Origin: Candidatus Saccharimonadales bacterium
Lineage (GTDB): Bacteria > Chloroflexota > Dormibacteria > Aeolococcales > Aeolococcaceae
DNA length: 64,000 nt
Reading direction: 5' to 3'
Assembly: GCA_035534875.1 (NCBI GenBank)
Contig: DATLRB010000012.1
Location: 936-64,935, forward strand
Made by a program: the position numbers and the translations under genes. Every line of letters starts with the position of its first letter. Position 1 is the first letter of the stretch. The notes under the pieces were generated by a model. It had not been told where the DNA came from. It ran no database searches and saw only the letters and a list, made by a program, of their open reading frames with translations. Below, piece by piece: positions 62,861-64,000 of this stretch.

Positions 62861-64000
62861 GGTGCTCGACCGCCCCGACGCCGCCACTGTCGCGGTCGAC
62901 CCCGCCATTGCCGGCACCGGCATCGGCAACGCGCGATCCGGACGTTTCGACTACAAGTGGATCGCGCTCGGCGTCGTCCTGCTCGGCACGATCATGACGA
63001 TCCTCGACGCGACCATCGTCAACATTGCGATCCCGACGTTGCAGGGCGACCTCAGGGCCGGCTCGTACGCGGATATCTCGTGGGTCGTCACCGGGTACAT
63101 GCTGGCCCAGGGAGCGGTCATCCCGATGGCCGGCTGGGCGAGCGATCGCTTCGGCACCAAGCGCCTGTACCTCGTCACCATCGCGCTCTTCACGCTCGCC
63201 TCGATGGCGTGCGGCGTCGCGCAGAACCTCCCCGAGCTGGTCGTCTTCCGCGTCCTGCAGGGACTCGGTGGTGGCATGTTGATGCCGATCGGCATGACCA
63301 TCATCATGCGGGCCGTCGGGCCGCAGAACATGGGACGGGTCATGGGGATCTTCGGGATCCCCATGTTGCTCGCTCCGGCTGTCGGGCCCGTGCTCGGCGG
63401 GTGGTTCGTGCAGGACTTCTCGTGGCGGCTCATCTTCTACGTCAACGTTCCCATCGGCCTCATCGCATTCGCCTCAGCGTGGCGGTTCCTCAGCGAGTCG
63501 CCGAGGTCGCACGGGCTGCGCCTCGACACGTTCGGTCTGCTGACGGCACCTCCCGCAGCCGTCGCCGTGATGTACGCCGTGGACCAGAGCATCGCCCTGG
63601 GCTGGGGCTCGCTGCTGGTGGTCAGCCTCCTCGCCGGCGCCGCGGTGCTGCTCACCGCATTCGTGCTGGCGCAGCTGGGTCGCCGTCGCGCTGCGACGCT
63701 GCTGATGATTCCGCTCGCGGCAGGTGCTGGACTCATCGCGCTGCGCAACGGCTTCGTCGACGGCTGGACGTCCTTGAGCACGATCGTCATGCTCGCCGGC
63801 GCCGTGCTCGCGGTCGTCAACCTCGTCATCGGCGACCGCGGCAATCCCGAGCCACTGCTCCAGCTCCGCCTCTTCCGCGACCCAACGTTCTCGTGGTCGA
63901 TGGGCCTGAGCTTCATCATCGTGACCGCCCTCTTCGGAGGCATGCTGCTGCTGCCCCTCTACCTCCAGGAGGTGCACGGCTACAGCCCGCTGGAGACAGG
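62853..64000 (+). CDS. MFS transporter, DHA2 (EmrB-like); 3' end lies outside the window
   Basis: Not in the ORF track because it runs off the window. AGGAGG 62841-62846 precedes ATG 62853, which overlaps the MarR stop (ATGACTGA). Contains WIALGVVLLGTIMTILDATIVNIAIPTLQ, SDRFGTKRLY and FRVLQGLGGGMLMP. Confidence 0.85.
   Translation, partial: MTEVLDRPDAATVAVDPAIAGTGIGNARSGRFDYKWIALGVVLLGTIMTILDATIVNIAIPTLQGDLRAGSYADISWVVTGYMLAQGAVIPMAGWASDRFGTKRLYLVTIALFTLASMACGVAQNLPELVVFRVLQGLGGGMLMPIGMTIIMRAVGPQNMGRVMGIFGIPMLLAPAVGPVLGGWFVQDFSWRLIFYVNVPIGLIAFASAWRFLSESPRSHGLRLDTFGLLTAPPAAVAVMYAVDQSIALGWGSLLVVSLLAGAAVLLTAFVLAQLGRRRAATLLMIPLAAGAGLIALRNGFVDGWTSLSTIVMLAGAVLAVVNLVIGDRGNPEPLLQLRLFRDPTFSWSMGLSFIIVTALFGGMLLLPLYLQEVHGYSPLET

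Overview
This is a high-GC bacterial chromosomal segment with strong G/C third-position bias. Many long antisense 'shadow' ORFs are artefacts of that bias. Gene content suggests an actinobacterial-type monoderm: a DUF222-HNH '13E12-type' gene, paired ArsA-like ATPases, Tad-type genes and a leaderless-looking start. This taxonomic guess is inference only. All family calls come from motifs read in the supplied translations; no searches were run.

I support about 58 CDS, 1 pseudogene, 1 TPP riboswitch, 2 hairpin terminators, 2 operator/promoter candidates and 1 in-gene tandem repeat. I saw no rRNA, tRNA, CRISPR array, transposase or integrase.

Housekeeping genes:
- cofactor and isoprenoid synthesis: thiC with its riboswitch, dxs
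- nitrogen metabolism: glnA plus a second GS-like gene followed by a PucR regulator
- other: holB, 7Fe-type ferredoxin, bcp, GH1 beta-glucosidase, two glycosyltransferases, an SbcCD-like pair and an ArsA-like pair

Accessory genes:
- a surface protein with tandem Ig-like repeats
- an HxlR-YceI-DsbA-MFS module
- a two-component system next to a secreted beta-propeller
- two c-di-GMP enzymes with GADEF sites
- a MarR-MFS pair

The stand-out is a ~16-kb locus (16366-32272) that interleaves two kinds of secretion genes:
- T4SS-type: VirB2-like candidate, VirB6/TrbL-like, VirB3/VirB4-like ATPase, M23 wall hydrolase, TraG/VirD4 coupling protein
- Tad/type IVc pilus motor: CpaB-like, two ParA/TadZ-like proteins (one with a destroyed P-loop), CpaF/TadA, TadB, TadC, a TadE-like membrane protein

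These genes sit in one translationally coupled array. The window contains no relaxase, integrase, Flp prepilin or prepilin peptidase. I propose it as a candidate composite envelope machine that deserves follow-up.
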